64,000 bases of DNA. Origin: Candidatus Poribacteria bacterium. Its GTDB lineage: Bacteria > Poribacteria > WGA-4E > WGA-3G. Under the pieces are notes generated by a model that worked only from the letters and a program-made list of their open reading frames with translations, did no database searches and was not told the origin of the DNA. Of this stretch, positions 9,164 through 19,928 are shown piece after piece; position 1 is the first letter of the stretch; every line of letters begins with the position of its first letter. Where the stretch lies: contig OZ219750.1 of NCBI GenBank assembly GCA_964291315.2, positions 128,001-192,000 of the forward strand, in the 5' to 3' direction. The position numbers were made by a program, and so were the translations under genes.

Positions 9164-9934
9164 TCATTCAATCATTCCGTCTTGTGGGCTTGAGGCGGTT
9201 GCGTAGAGTTTTCGAGGGATGCGTCCGGCGAGGAACGCGGCTCTGCCTGCTTCGATCGCCTTTTTCATTGCTTCTGCCATGAGAGCGGGGCGGTGTGCTT
9301 TTGCCACTGCGGTGTTGAGTAGGACTCCATCGCAGCCTAATTCCATTGCTATTGCTGCGTCTGATGCGGTTCCGACTCCGGCGTCCACGATGAGCGGTAC
9401 CTGTACAAGGTCGCGGATGATCTGTATATTATACGGATTGCGGATTCCCATTCCAGAGCCGATGGGTGCCCCTAACGGCATTACGGCGGCGCAGCCGAGG
9501 TCTTCCAATTTCTTACAGGTAATCGGGTCGTCATTACAGTAGGGTAGCACGGTAAAATTGTCTTTGACAAGCGTTTCGGCTGCGTTGAGGAGTTGCTCCA
9601 CGTCTGGAAAGAGTGTTTGCTCGTCCCCGATAACTTCGAGTTTGATGAGGGATGTGTTGAGTGCTTCTCTGGCGAGGTTTGCTGTCAGAATTGCGTCTTT
9701 TGCGGTGAAACAGCCGGCGGTATTTGGCAGGAGTGTGATACCGCGTTCGCGTAGGAGTGTGAACAGATTTTCGCCGGGTGTATTGGTAAATTTCACACGC
9801 CGCATCGACACGGTGGCAATTTCGGCACCGCTTGCGGCAATAGCCTCGGTCATGATATGCAAATTGGGGTAGCCCGCTGTTCCGATGATCAGTCTAGATG
9901 TGTATGTCTGAGCTGCAATTTTAAATTCTTGCAT
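9164..9934 (-). CDS. thiG: Thiazole synthase
   Basis: 'LLPNTAGC', 'IKLEVIGD', '[13 protein letters not shown]', '[12 protein letters not shown]'; ATG at 9934 preferred. Confidence 0.97.
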   Translation of the reverse strand: MQEFKIAAQTYTSRLIIGTAGYPNLHIMTEAIAASGAEIATVSMRRVKFTNTPGENLFTLLRERGITLLPNTAGCFTAKDAILTANLAREALNTSLIKLEVIGDEQTLFPDVEQLLNAAETLVKDNFTVLPYCNDDPITCKKLEDLGCAAVMPLGAPIGSGMGIRNPYNIQIIRDLVQVPLIVDAGVGTASDAAIAMELGCDGVLLNTAVAKAHRPALMAEAMKKAIEAGRAAFLAGRIPRKLYATASSPQDGMIE

Positions 9935-10051
9935 GTTTTCTCTTGTTAGAGGCAATCCGAATTACCCCGAACTGCTGAATTTGGGCGATCCGATGGGGGT
10001 TGATGTTTTTGAAAATAGCAGGCGCGCGGCAACCGATCGCCTTCCACAGTT

Positions 10052-10081
10052 AGTATAGCAGCCTCAAGCCGTCTTTGTCAA
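10052..10081 (-). promoter_or_regulatory. Internal sigma70 promoter for thiG
   Basis: TTGACA-N18-TATACT with extended -10 TG on the minus strand. Confidence 0.65.
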
Positions 10082-10125
10082 ATATTTTCGAGCCGGTTTT
10101 TCTACGCTTCTATTTTGCGCCCGTC

Positions 10126-10332
10126 TCATCCGCCCTGTACGGCGCGGATAATTTCAACCTCGTTGCCTTCGCGCAGTTCTGTCTCTTGCCACGCTGTTTT
10201 TGGGACGACCTCTCGGTTCACTGCGACGGCGATGCCTGCCTGCCTCGGATCGCATTCTAAAACGATAAGGAGCTCATAAATATTTAGGTTGGGATTAACC
10301 GTTTTTTCTTTTCCGTTAACGCGTATCTTCAT
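10126..10332 (-). CDS. thiS: Sulfur carrier protein
   Basis: 68 aa, 'IAVAVNREVVPK', C-terminal GG. Confidence 0.95.
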   Translation of the reverse strand: MKIRVNGKEKTVNPNLNIYELLIVLECDPRQAGIAVAVNREVVPKTAWQETELREGNEVEIIRAVQGG

Positions 10333-10346
10333 TTTAGCACTTCCGG

Positions 10347-11483
10347 TTAGGTCAAGAACCGGTTTAATTGAAACGGGGCGATTATTTCTGACGTTTCGCC
10401 GGTGAGAATCAGTTTAGCGATCTCATAAGCGGTAATAGGTGTGAGTAAGATGCCGTTGCGATAGTGTCCTGTTGCATATATCAGGTTTCGGATGGGCGTT
10501 TTGCCGAGTATGGGTGCGTTGTCTCTGCTGCCGGGGCGTAGCCCGGTCCATGTTTCGAGGATGGGTAGTTCATAGACTCCTGGTATTGCTTCCCATGCCC
10601 CTCGTAGGAGTTCGAACATTCCGCCGGCGGTCAGGCGCGTGTCAAACCCCATTTCCTCACTGGTGGCGCCGACGATAAGTCTGCCGTTGGTTCTGGGCAC
10701 CAGATATACCGACATCGGATACCGTGCCCTAACGGTGCGGATGACGTTTTTGATTGCGATGCCTTCCTCCATTTGCAGTGCCAACATTTGCCCTTTCACG
10801 GGCCGGACGGGCGGGATGATAGTATCTGATAACCCGCCGATGTGTCCAGACCAGCATCCTGCTGCGAGCACACATACATCTGCTTCGTGGAATTTGTCTT
10901 GTGTTTGGATACCGATTGCGGTTCCGTTTTTTATCAGAACTTGCTCAATCGTGCTCTGTTCGTGCAACACGCCGCCGTGTGCGTGATAGGCGCGCAGGAG
11001 TGCCTGGATCATTCGTCGGTTATCGACTTGATGGTCGGTTTTACAACGGATGGCAGCAGTGATGCGTGGTGAGAGTGCGGCTTCAATGTTGCGTGCTTCT
11101 CGTCCGTTTAACCACTTGACGTCCAGTCCTAACTCTTGTTGTGAGGCATAAAGGTGTCGGAGTTGGTGCGTATCGTCGGGTTCGAGTCCGATGATGAGGG
11201 TTCCTTCGCCTCGGTAGCCGATTGACATTTCTGCGTCTGTCTCTAATGCGTTGACCCATTGCGGGTAGCGTGCTAAGCTTTGGGCGCCGAGTTTGAGGAG
11301 CTTCGGTTCTTCGCTATGTGCTTCTGCGAGTGGGGCGAGCATACCGGCGGCTGCCCAAGAGGCGGCGCGGCCGGCTTGTGCTCGTTCATAAATGGTGACG
11401 GTGGTGCCTGCTTTTGCAAGCTGCCATCCGATCCCGAGGCCGATTACGCCGCCGCCGATAATAATAATTTTCTGATGTGGCAT
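10347..11483 (-). CDS. thiO: Glycine oxidase
   Basis: GGGVIG, 'ASWAAAGML', 'PVKGQM', 'GHYRNGILL'; next to thiS. Confidence 0.93.
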   Translation of the reverse strand: MPHQKIIIIGGGVIGLGIGWQLAKAGTTVTIYERAQAGRAASWAAAGMLAPLAEAHSEEPKLLKLGAQSLARYPQWVNALETDAEMSIGYRGEGTLIIGLEPDDTHQLRHLYASQQELGLDVKWLNGREARNIEAALSPRITAAIRCKTDHQVDNRRMIQALLRAYHAHGGVLHEQSTIEQVLIKNGTAIGIQTQDKFHEADVCVLAAGCWSGHIGGLSDTIIPPVRPVKGQMLALQMEEGIAIKNVIRTVRARYPMSVYLVPRTNGRLIVGATSEEMGFDTRLTAGGMFELLRGAWEAIPGVYELPILETWTGLRPGSRDNAPILGKTPIRNLIYATGHYRNGILLTPITAYEIAKLILTGETSEIIAPFQLNRFLT

Positions 11484-11499
11484 TAATTAATTCATTAAT

Positions 11500-12558
11500 T
11501 CAATCTATTGGCATCGCGTGTGCTGGAATTTCTACGCCTTGTTGGCTCCAGAATTTGTATGCGCCGCGGTGGAGCGGTATGACAAACGCCTTGGGACCGT
11601 TTTCTATGGTCATGTCGGCTGCGGCTTGATTGGTTTGGAGCATTGCTTGATGGCCTTCGGGTGAATAGACGTGCTTTAAAAGGGCGTATACTGTTTCTTC
11701 GCTGACTGCCTTGTTTGAGATGAGGACTGTGGGCATCAGAATCGTGTTCACGGGTTCAACCTTACCTTCATATGCGCCTTCTGGTAGAGATCCGGAGAGA
11801 TAGAACGGATACTTTTCATAGAAACCGTATTTCTTTGCAGGCGTGTCGAGGTCTAACATGCGGATAGATTTGAGGGTTGTTAGTTGGATAACGGCGCTGT
11901 TTGGGACGCTGACGAGCCACTGAAAAGCGTCGACTTGTCCATCTTGGAGTGCTTGGGCGGCGGCGGTGCCGCCTTTGTAGATCGGTGTGAACTGTCCCCA
12001 GATGCCGGCGAGTTTAGCCAAGCGCTCCAATGTTTGGGCGGTGCCTGACCCGCTCGCTCCGGAGGCGATTTTTCTCCCGACGATGTCCTCGAATTGGTGA
12101 ACCTTGCTGTTTGCGAGTGTGGAAAGTTGGTCATAGGCGATAAAGAGCAGTGTGACCATACGGATATTGCTTTTTGGTCCTTCTTCTGCGAAGATTTCCT
12201 GTCCGTGGTAGCCGAGATAGCTTTCAGCTGCGAAAACGACACCGAGTGCTTCGGGATCGTCGTTGACACGCCGTGTATTTTCGATGGAACCGGCTGAGGC
12301 CTCAACAGATACTTTTATATGGGGTTCTTGACGGATTAAAATATGGCTAACGCCCCCGGCGAATTGCGAAAAACTACCGCCTATGACACCGCCCATAATG
12401 GAGAGCCATTCTTTTTTCTGAGCGGGGGTGTCACTTTGTGCCGATTTTTCATTTGATTTCCTATCGCTGCACCCGTAAAAGAGAGCTAACACAACCAATA
12501 GGAGGGATATGGATAGATGTAGTCCGTTATGATACGCAGATCTGGCTTTTGTAAACAT
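11500..12558 (-). CDS. TAXI family TRAP solute-binding lipoprotein
   Basis: Lipobox FYGC; 'SAGSIEN', 'GASGSGT', 'IPLHRGA'; ATG at 12558 preferred. Confidence 0.85.
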   Translation of the reverse strand: MFTKARSAYHNGLHLSISLLLVVLALFYGCSDRKSNEKSAQSDTPAQKKEWLSIMGGVIGGSFSQFAGGVSHILIRQEPHIKVSVEASAGSIENTRRVNDDPEALGVVFAAESYLGYHGQEIFAEEGPKSNIRMVTLLFIAYDQLSTLANSKVHQFEDIVGRKIASGASGSGTAQTLERLAKLAGIWGQFTPIYKGGTAAAQALQDGQVDAFQWLVSVPNSAVIQLTTLKSIRMLDLDTPAKKYGFYEKYPFYLSGSLPEGAYEGKVEPVNTILMPTVLISNKAVSEETVYALLKHVYSPEGHQAMLQTNQAAADMTIENGPKAFVIPLHRGAYKFWSQQGVEIPAHAMPID

Positions 12559-12875
12559 AAAGACTCCTTTTGCGTTTACATTTTGTGGGCAAGCGGTGAT
12601 GCTCCGGATGCCCAAGGAACGAACAACCTACGCTACAAGTTGTACACCGCAGCAGATGGTGCTACAGAGTTCATTGTACAGTCTAACAGCCTCTGCTACA
12701 TACAAGCGCTATTGTAAGGCCTGATAGGTGATGTTATAAATGATACCAAATATTTTGTGGTGTTTCAAGCGTTTTCTGATGTGGGAATCCGTTGAAGCAT
12801 AAATTTGCTTGATAAATGTCTATGGAACTGCTACACTTTAACAGGTGTGGAAGGAAAAAGGAGGTTCAAAAGACA

Positions 12876-14144
12876 GTGAAACGTTTCTGTGCATATCTAT
12901 TATTGGTTGGATTCAGCCTCTGTTTTATTATTGGGTCTGTTGCGGTTGGTGATGCGGCTACAACGAAGCGTATTGCCGTTCTCTATTTTGATGACCGCAG
13001 CAAATTTGATTCATCTACTGGCTGTGGTTGTGTGCCGGGCTTCATTGGGAAGATATTTAGCACGAAGAAACGGTGGGATTTGGGGGCTGGTTTCCCCAAA
13101 ATACTTAACCGGAAATTGGTCGAGACGACGGTATACCAACCGGTAAGTGCAGACGAAGTCTTAGATGCTATGGGATTTATGGAACTTTCACGTTCGGCTT
13201 TAAAGAAGATGGATCAGGCACAGCGCGCCGAGCTCGCTAAGCGTTTAAACGCAGATGTGCTTGTGTTGGGAGATATCCGGAAGTTTAATCAGGAACGTTT
13301 AAGGACGAACGCTTCTCGGACACTGCGGGAGGGCGGGCGGCAAGCGCAATTGGGGACGACGAGTTATAGGGCGCCGGTGATTCTACGTGGTTCTCTTCAC
13401 CGTGTTACGATTAGACTGGATATGAAGTTTTACAATGCTGCTGGTCATATTGTCGCTGAACCACGTATTGCAGCGACGCGCGATCATTCGTATGCTGGCA
13501 CGAAGATTGCTTCCCTTGAAGCGAGTGTAACGGAAGAGGGGACGAACTTGGCCTTTGGTCAGACGCCAGAGACTCGCCGGGCGAATCCTCGCCCGATCGT
13601 CAAACCCACGGCATTGAATAAAATAGCGTTTGCGAGTGCTGAATACGACAGGACACTTTTCGGCAGGGTAACGAACGAGGCGCTCATCAAGGTTGTTTTA
13701 GCACTTCGTGATAGTGTCGGGCCAAATTTCATTACGCCTTGGGAGTCGGAGACTGAAACGGTTAAAAAGGGGCAGGCAGCCGCCGAAAAAGTAGCAGAGG
13801 GCCCTATCAAAGGGAAGATTCAATATGTGGATAACGAGAACCTCGACAAGGTTTATATCAATATTGGCTCTAACAGAGGCATCGCTATCAACCAAACGTT
13901 TGCTGTCTATACTAGAGGCAAACCGGTGCGGGATCTGGATACGGGTGAAGTGCTCACCTACCTTGAAAAACAGGTGGCAGTCGTAGCGGTTGCCGAGATT
14001 CTAAACGATAAAATTTCTATATTCCGCGTCGTTGAAATGGCAGAACCGCTCAAAATGGGAGATATTGTTCGCGAGATTACGCCTGATTCCAAAGCGTCCG
14101 TGCAATCTGATTCTGAAGCAGGGGCGGTGGAAGAAGAGAAATAG
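12876..14144 (+). CDS. CsgG/FlgT-like periplasmic protein with FlgT C-terminal domain
   Basis: 'KRIAVLYFDD', 'AKRLNADVLVLGDI', 'VYINIGSNRGI..DLDTGEVL'; GTG start after AGGAGG. Confidence 0.65.
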   Translation: MKRFCAYLLLVGFSLCFIIGSVAVGDAATTKRIAVLYFDDRSKFDSSTGCGCVPGFIGKIFSTKKRWDLGAGFPKILNRKLVETTVYQPVSADEVLDAMGFMELSRSALKKMDQAQRAELAKRLNADVLVLGDIRKFNQERLRTNASRTLREGGRQAQLGTTSYRAPVILRGSLHRVTIRLDMKFYNAAGHIVAEPRIAATRDHSYAGTKIASLEASVTEEGTNLAFGQTPETRRANPRPIVKPTALNKIAFASAEYDRTLFGRVTNEALIKVVLALRDSVGPNFITPWESETETVKKGQAAAEKVAEGPIKGKIQYVDNENLDKVYINIGSNRGIAINQTFAVYTRGKPVRDLDTGEVLTYLEKQVAVVAVAEILNDKISIFRVVEMAEPLKMGDIVREITPDSKASVQSDSEAGAVEEEK

Positions 14145-14164
14145 GTTCTCGAAAGGAGCGTTAT

Positions 14165-15310
14165 ATGATACGCCACTCGGATTTTTGCGAGAGTTTTGTA
14201 TTTTCAAGTCGTGCGAAAAGCGAGGTTTGTGTGCCGGTCATATCGCTTTTGCATTTTTTCTTAATCGGGCTTGTAATGTTATTCGGATGCGCTGATCCGA
14301 AGGTGCAGCAGAAAAGCGACACTGCGGATTCCACGTCTAGCCCGCCTTCTTCGGATGCGGTGGACAGCAAGATTAAAATTGGTCTGTCGATGGACTCGTT
14401 ACGCGTAGAGCGGTGGCAGAAAGACAGAGATATCTTCATAGCTGAAGCAGAAAAACTCGGTGCTGAAGTTATTGTTCAATCTGCTGACGGCGATGAGCGG
14501 CGGCAAAATGAGCAGGCAGAGAACATGATTACACAAGGGGTGGATGTTCTAGTTGTGATTCCGAAGGATAGTGTGGCTGCTTCACAGATTGTGCAAGTCG
14601 CACATGCGGAGGGGATCAAGGTGATTGCGTACGATCGGCTGATTCGTGAGAGTTCGCCTGATCTCTATATCTCTTTCGACAACGAGAAGGTTGGGTATTT
14701 ACAAGCGGAGTATCTGCTTCGTCAGAAACCGAAGGGAGCCTATTTTCTACTCGGTGGTGCTCCAACGGACAACAACGCGCAGCTTCTTCGGAAAGGACAG
14801 ATGCGTGCTTTGCAAGCCGCCCTTGATAGCGGGGCCATCCGGCTGGTAGCGGGTGGTAAACATTGGGCAGTCAATTGGGATCCGCGCGATGCCCTTAAAA
14901 AGGCGGAGCAGGTCTTGACACAGACAAAGAATCGGGTGGATGCAGTAGTCGCCTCCAACGATGGGACTGCTGGGGGTGTCATCCAGGCTCTTGAAGGACA
15001 GAATTTGGCGGGGCGGGTTCTTATTTCTGGACAGGATGCGGAACTCGCTGCGTGTCGACGGATTGTGAAAGGTACCCAGACAATGACGGTTTACAAACCG
15101 ATTCACCTCATTGCCACCCAAGCGGCTAAGGCGGCAGTCGCGCTTGCGCGAGGCGAGACAATCTTCGAGGCCAGGCAGACTGTTAACAACGGCAGGGTTG
15201 ATGTGCCTTCGATTCTGCTTACGCCTATCCAAGTTGATAAATTGAACCTCGATGAGATTGTGATCAAAGATGGGTTTCACACACGCGAAGACGTTTATCA
15301 AGCGGAATAG
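14165..15310 (+). CDS. xylF: D-xylose-type ABC sugar-binding lipoprotein
   Basis: 'DSLRVERWQKDRDIF', 'VIAYDRLI', 'GGAPTDNNA', 'ASNDGTAGG', 'TMTVYKPI'; start uncertain. Confidence 0.8.
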   Translation: MIRHSDFCESFVFSSRAKSEVCVPVISLLHFFLIGLVMLFGCADPKVQQKSDTADSTSSPPSSDAVDSKIKIGLSMDSLRVERWQKDRDIFIAEAEKLGAEVIVQSADGDERRQNEQAENMITQGVDVLVVIPKDSVAASQIVQVAHAEGIKVIAYDRLIRESSPDLYISFDNEKVGYLQAEYLLRQKPKGAYFLLGGAPTDNNAQLLRKGQMRALQAALDSGAIRLVAGGKHWAVNWDPRDALKKAEQVLTQTKNRVDAVVASNDGTAGGVIQALEGQNLAGRVLISGQDAELAACRRIVKGTQTMTVYKPIHLIATQAAKAAVALARGETIFEARQTVNNGRVDVPSILLTPIQVDKLNLDEIVIKDGFHTREDVYQAE

Positions 15311-15338
15311 TTTTAGGGAGTTGCGGTCTACTATTAAA

Positions 15339-16511
15339 ATGCCTATTTTTTTATTTGGGATAGATACTAGAGACATCGGCATCGCCGACCGGATCGGTTG
15401 GGTGTGGCACTCTGGTGCTTATCAGAGCATTTTTATTGTTGCTTGCGGGTTCGTCGTGTGGTGGCTTCTTCGATATGCTTCTCAACAGGAGTATTGGCGA
15501 AATGCTGCGAGGCAGATTCGCAAGAATCGGGTTGGTGTTGTTTGCCTTTTTATTATATTAGGCTACCTCCTGATCGGTGTTTTGGATAGTATTCGCTGGC
15601 GGGATCCGTTGTTTAATCAAGCCGGCACACTCTCCCGCAACGAAGATGATCGGATTGTTTACAGGCCGAGGGCGCTCAGTCTGCTTGATCGGCTTTGTAC
15701 GCCGTTGCGGGAGCGGACAGAGAAGACTTATTCTGCCCCCTTAGCGAGGCATCTATATGCTAAGAGTACCGTCCAGACAGCAGAGGGACGCACAGTTCGA
15801 GAGTACCCGCTGCTAGCCTATCCGCGTGCTCATCTTTTAGGCACAGACAAAGTCGGTAGCGATGTCTTCTATCTCGCTTTAAAAGGCATTCGGACGGGGC
15901 TCATCATCGGTGGCTTTACAACTTTGATTGCTGTGCCCTTTGCCATATTTTTCGGTGTTGTTGCGGGTTACTTCGGTGGCTGGATAGATGATATGGTTCA
16001 GTATATTTACGCTACGCTTGATTCTATCCCGTTTATTCTTCTAGTGGTTGCTTTCATGCTTCTTTTTGGGCAGGGGCTATTCAATCTCTGTCTCATTATG
16101 GGGATCAGCAGTTGGACGAGTTTGTGTCGTATCTTGCGGGGTGAGACCTTAAAACTTCGGGAATTAGAGTATGTGCAAGGTGCTGAGGCCTTCGGTGTGC
16201 ATCGTGGTTTCATCATTCTCAGGCATCTGGTTCCGAACCTGATGCATATTGTGCTAATTACCTCTATCTTACGGTTTAGCAATTTCGTGCTGGCGGAGGC
16301 GGTGTTGAGCTATCTGCAGATAGGTGTTGATCCGACGATGGGGAGTTGGGGTAACATGATTAACACGGCGCGTTTGGAATTGGCGCGTGATCCGATTGTC
16401 TGGTGGAATCTTGCGGCGGCGTTTATCTTCATGTTTGGGCTGGTGCTGCCGGTGAATTTGTTTGGGGATGCTGTCCGTGATGCCTTGGATCCGCGATTGA
16501 GGACAGAGTAA
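15339..16511 (+). CDS. Peptide/nickel ABC permease (OppC/DppC-like)
   Basis: 'HLLGTDKVGSD', EAA loop 'EYVQGAEAFG', 'GDAVRDALDPR'. Confidence 0.88.
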   Translation: MPIFLFGIDTRDIGIADRIGWVWHSGAYQSIFIVACGFVVWWLLRYASQQEYWRNAARQIRKNRVGVVCLFIILGYLLIGVLDSIRWRDPLFNQAGTLSRNEDDRIVYRPRALSLLDRLCTPLRERTEKTYSAPLARHLYAKSTVQTAEGRTVREYPLLAYPRAHLLGTDKVGSDVFYLALKGIRTGLIIGGFTTLIAVPFAIFFGVVAGYFGGWIDDMVQYIYATLDSIPFILLVVAFMLLFGQGLFNLCLIMGISSWTSLCRILRGETLKLRELEYVQGAEAFGVHRGFIILRHLVPNLMHIVLITSILRFSNFVLAEAVLSYLQIGVDPTMGSWGNMINTARLELARDPIVWWNLAAAFIFMFGLVLPVNLFGDAVRDALDPRLRTE

Positions 16512-16589
16512 ACGGTATTTTGCTGGGTCAAGACGGAACAACGGGCATTGCTACCCGTTGTTGGTGATTCTGGTCGTGTTTCGGTGAGG

Positions 16590-17051
16590 CTATTCTTTCT
16601 CGTATTCTTTGAGAAACCCTCTGAACTCTCTACGGTGTTTTTCCTCATCGGCGAGGAGTTTGATGCAGAGGTCTTGCGTGACGTAATCTATGCTATCACA
16701 GAGACGGATGATTTTATTGTATTGTTCAATTGCAGCGTCTTCGGCTTCGATGACTCCGTGAATTGCGCTTACAACATCCGTTGAGTCTTCTGGGGGTTGC
16801 AGGGATGCTTGTTCGGGTTTAAAGGCGAATGACCCGGGGACCCGTCCGTCGATTTCCTTGATACGTGCAGCGAGTTCTTGTGCGTGTGTGATTTCTGTCT
16901 GTATATCTGCCGCCAAGGATTTTTTAATTTCTTCGGCGCGGATGCCGTCTAAGTCAACGGAAATCGCCAAGTAATTAAGGGTTGCTTCCAATTCTAACCA
17001 ATAAGCGCGCGTCAGTTCTTTGATGATCGCGCCTCTTTTTTCTTCTGTCAT
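16590..17051 (-). CDS. Ferritin-like di-iron protein
   Basis: ExxH motifs 'TEITHA' and 'DEEKHR'; ATG at 17051 after RBS. Confidence 0.85.
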   Translation of the reverse strand: MTEEKRGAIIKELTRAYWLELEATLNYLAISVDLDGIRAEEIKKSLAADIQTEITHAQELAARIKEIDGRVPGSFAFKPEQASLQPPEDSTDVVSAIHGVIEAEDAAIEQYNKIIRLCDSIDYVTQDLCIKLLADEEKHRREFRGFLKEYEKE

Positions 17052-17112
17052 TTTTTCTCTCCTATCACGAGTGATGACGTTTTGATTAATGAAACTATTA
17101 ATTGCCACTGTT

Positions 17113-17141
17113 AGTTTAACATAAGTTAAGACAGATTTCAA
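17113..17141 (-). promoter_or_regulatory. Separate promoter for the ferritin-like gene
   Basis: TTGAAA-N17-TAAACT with extended TG. Confidence 0.45.
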
Positions 17142-17170
17142 TCTTTTTTTCAGCAACACGGATAAAATTT

Positions 17171-17938
17171 CTAAGCATTCAGGCTCGGCATCACCCATGG
17201 ATAGCCTTTTGGATGTGGGAACACCTCGAATGGGATCCCGTAGGTTTCTGATAGGAGGTCAAGGGTCAGCACAACCTCAGGCGGACCACAAGCTACCGTT
17301 TTGCCGTTTTTCAATAATAGCAATTGGTTAGCGTACATAGATGCTAGGTTCAGGTCGTGGATTGCTGTGATAACTGTTTCTCCACGCTCACACAAGGTCT
17401 TGCACAAGTTGAGTATCTGGATCTGGTGCTTTGGGTCTAGATGATTGGTAGGTTCGTCTAGTAAAAATAGTCGTGGGGCTTGTGTGAGGATTCGGGCAAA
17501 GTCAACGCGACTCGCTTCTCCGCCGGAGAGTGTTGGATAGAGTCGTTTCTCAAATATATCAGATTCTACTTGTTGTAGTGCGTTTCTGGCCATTGAGACA
17601 TCGCTCGCGGTCTCTTTTGTGCTGTTGATGTAGGGGTGTCGTCCAAATAGGGCGACCTCTAGACCGGTAAAAGGGAAGTTTATGTCTCGTTTTTGCTGGA
17701 GGTAGGCTCGAAGACGCGCCAATTCCTTTGGTTCGTAAGTCGCGAGGGGCTTATTGAAAAGACGTATGTCGCCGATCGTTGGTGAAAGTTCCCCAGAGAT
17801 CAGTCGTAGGAGCGTCGATTTTCCTGCCCCATTGGGGCCCACAAACCCCCATAAAGCACCTTTTTCAATTGTAAGACTGATGTCCCGGATTAACCACTGT
17901 CCCCCGATACGGTAACTAACCTGTTCCAATTCAATCAT
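17171..17938 (-). CDS. hmuV: Heme ABC transporter ATPase
   Basis: GPNGAGKST, LSGGE, LLDEPT; operon context. Confidence 0.85.
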   Translation of the reverse strand: MIELEQVSYRIGGQWLIRDISLTIEKGALWGFVGPNGAGKSTLLRLISGELSPTIGDIRLFNKPLATYEPKELARLRAYLQQKRDINFPFTGLEVALFGRHPYINSTKETASDVSMARNALQQVESDIFEKRLYPTLSGGEASRVDFARILTQAPRLFLLDEPTNHLDPKHQIQILNLCKTLCERGETVITAIHDLNLASMYANQLLLLKNGKTVACGPPEVVLTLDLLSETYGIPFEVFPHPKGYPWVMPSLNA

Positions 17939-17950
17939 TGTTTGTGTTTC

Positions 17951-18946
17951 CTATAGAAAGACCTCGCGTTTGAATTTGAGTAGGAGCCAGAGGAAAAAGG
18001 GGCCGCCAATCAGGGCAGTGACGATACCGACGGGCAACTCGGCGGGTGTCACGATGGTTCGTGAAAACAGATCTGCCGAGACAAGCAATATAGCGCCGCC
18101 TATTGCTGAGCCGGGGAGGACGTATCGATGGTCTGCTCCTCCTAAGAGTCTCAGGAGATGTGGTACAACTAGCCCGACGAAACCTATGCCGCCTGCGGCT
18201 GAAACTGCTGTGCCTACCGTGAGCGCCACGCCAAAAACTGACCATCGCTTCAAAGTTTCCGTTGAGATACCGAGATGATATGCTTCGGATTCCCCGAGGC
18301 TCATTGCATTGAGTGCTGCTGCTTGCCGTGACAACACCAATAACCCTATTACTGCAATTGGCAGCGCGATAAAAACTACTGGCCACGTTGCGCTGCCGAA
18401 GCCGCCGAGTAACCAAAAGGTTAGGCTCCGCAGCTGCTCATCATCAGCAAGGAAGGTCATCAAACCGATGCCTGCTCCGGCGAAGCTGTTGAGGGCAATG
18501 CCTGCAAGTAATAACGTTAGCGTTCGGACTTTACCATCTTCCTCGGCAATTTTCCATACGCAGATGGTCACGATCATTCCGGAGAGGAAAGCTGCGATAG
18601 GAAGTCCCCAGACTCCTAATGCCCCGCCACCGATCAGGACAATCCAGAGCGTTGCTCCTAATCCTGCGCCGGCAGTTACACCGATTAATCCCGGATCTGC
18701 CAGCGGGTTGCGAAAAATTCCTTGCAGCGTTGCCCCGGATATTGCTAACATCGCGCCAACGACAGCGGATAAAACGACACGCGGGAACCTTACATGCACT
18801 AAGACTGCGAAACCGGCCTCCCTGAAAAATAGAATCTCCGGGATACGCCACGGTAGAATTGGATAGGCCCCTATTCCCGCGGCCCCGCACATGCATATCG
18901 GGAGCAAGAAGATGAGGATGAACAGAATTTTTGTTCGTTTCTGCAT
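17951..18946 (-). CDS. hmuU: Heme/iron ABC permease (FecCD family)
   Basis: 'QGIFRNPLADPGLIG', 'GFVGLVVPH', 'ELPVGIVTALIGGPFF'. Confidence 0.88.
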   Translation of the reverse strand: MQKRTKILFILIFLLPICMCGAAGIGAYPILPWRIPEILFFREAGFAVLVHVRFPRVVLSAVVGAMLAISGATLQGIFRNPLADPGLIGVTAGAGLGATLWIVLIGGGALGVWGLPIAAFLSGMIVTICVWKIAEEDGKVRTLTLLLAGIALNSFAGAGIGLMTFLADDEQLRSLTFWLLGGFGSATWPVVFIALPIAVIGLLVLSRQAAALNAMSLGESEAYHLGISTETLKRWSVFGVALTVGTAVSAAGGIGFVGLVVPHLLRLLGGADHRYVLPGSAIGGAILLVSADLFSRTIVTPAELPVGIVTALIGGPFFLWLLLKFKREVFL

Positions 18947-18974
18947 GTTTTCTAAAAGATAAGATAGCGGCTCC

Positions 18975-19928
18975 CTAATCGCTTTCTACTGCAAAATGTC
19001 CTTCCGTTTCGTAAATACCTTTGAACAAATCGAGCGCAGCGCGCCCACAACGCGGTCCAAATCCAGACAAATATTGCCCATCTAACGTCACAATGCGCCT
19101 GTTTTGTCCTGCGGGTGTATGCGCTAGGCCTGGAAGTTTGAGTAATCCGTCAACGCCCCCGATGGATGTTAGCCCTGAAGTAAACAGGACATACACATCA
19201 GGTTGTGCAGCAATCACGGCTTCTGCTGTCATCGGTTTATTACCCTTGATATTTCCTGCTGCATTTTCAACCCCGACAATATCAAACATTGCCCCTGGTG
19301 CGGTATCTATGCCTAATACAAGTGTGGTTTGTGTGCCTCGCAGATAGAGGCAAAGCGCTCTTTGTTTGGGCTGTCCTTTTCGAGCTGCCAGTTTAGTTTC
19401 CAATTTTTTTATATCCGCGTCTAAGGTCTCTGTTAGCTCTTCAGCTTTTTTCTTTCGTCCGACTGCCTTGCCGATAGTTCTCAGCCGTTGCTTGGCTCCC
19501 TCGAAGCTACGCGGCTCGGTAAGCAGTAAAACGGTTACGCCTGCCATACGGAGTTGTTGAACGACTTGCGGGGGCCTCACATCGTTACGTCCAATCACGA
19601 GTGTAGGGTTCAAAGAGAGGATCCCTTCGGCGTTGAGTCCGTATTGATACCCGATGCTTGGGAGTTTCTCCTTCACGCCTTTCGGGTATGTCGATGAGGC
19701 ATCACAGCCAACTACGTTGTCACCAGCCCCTAACGCAAACAAAATTTCAGTTGTACTGCCGTTGAGACTTACAATCCGTTCTGAGGATGTGATGACGACG
19801 ACATTGTCTTCTGCGTCTGTTACTTCAATTAGATCTGCTGCAGCAAAGTGAGATATAATGCCGAACAGTGTGAAAATAGAGACGTTTAATACAAATGCCT
19901 TGAGCAGGTCCGATCGGAAAATTCGCAT
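18975..19928 (-). CDS. hmuT: Hemin ABC substrate-binding protein
   Basis: 'RIVSLNGSTTEILFALG', heme-ligand-like 'IGYQ', 'EGILSLNP', 'GFGPR'. Confidence 0.85.
   Translation of the reverse strand: MRIFRSDLLKAFVLNVSIFTLFGIISHFAAADLIEVTDAEDNVVVITSSERIVSLNGSTTEILFALGAGDNVVGCDASSTYPKGVKEKLPSIGYQYGLNAEGILSLNPTLVIGRNDVRPPQVVQQLRMAGVTVLLLTEPRSFEGAKQRLRTIGKAVGRKKKAEELTETLDADIKKLETKLAARKGQPKQRALCLYLRGTQTTLVLGIDTAPGAMFDIVGVENAAGNIKGNKPMTAEAVIAAQPDVYVLFTSGLTSIGGVDGLLKLPGLAHTPAGQNRRIVTLDGQYLSGFGPRCGRAALDLFKGIYETEGHFAVESD

Noticed and set aside
9935-10050. TPP riboswitch before thiG
   Set aside because: Conserved GCTGAGA and CCTGA…AGCGTAGG-like motifs not found
14747-15382. Long antisense or alternative-frame ORFs (also 45753-46541, 47278-47913, 57542-58138)
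   Set aside because: Shadows of well-supported genes with no protein motifs
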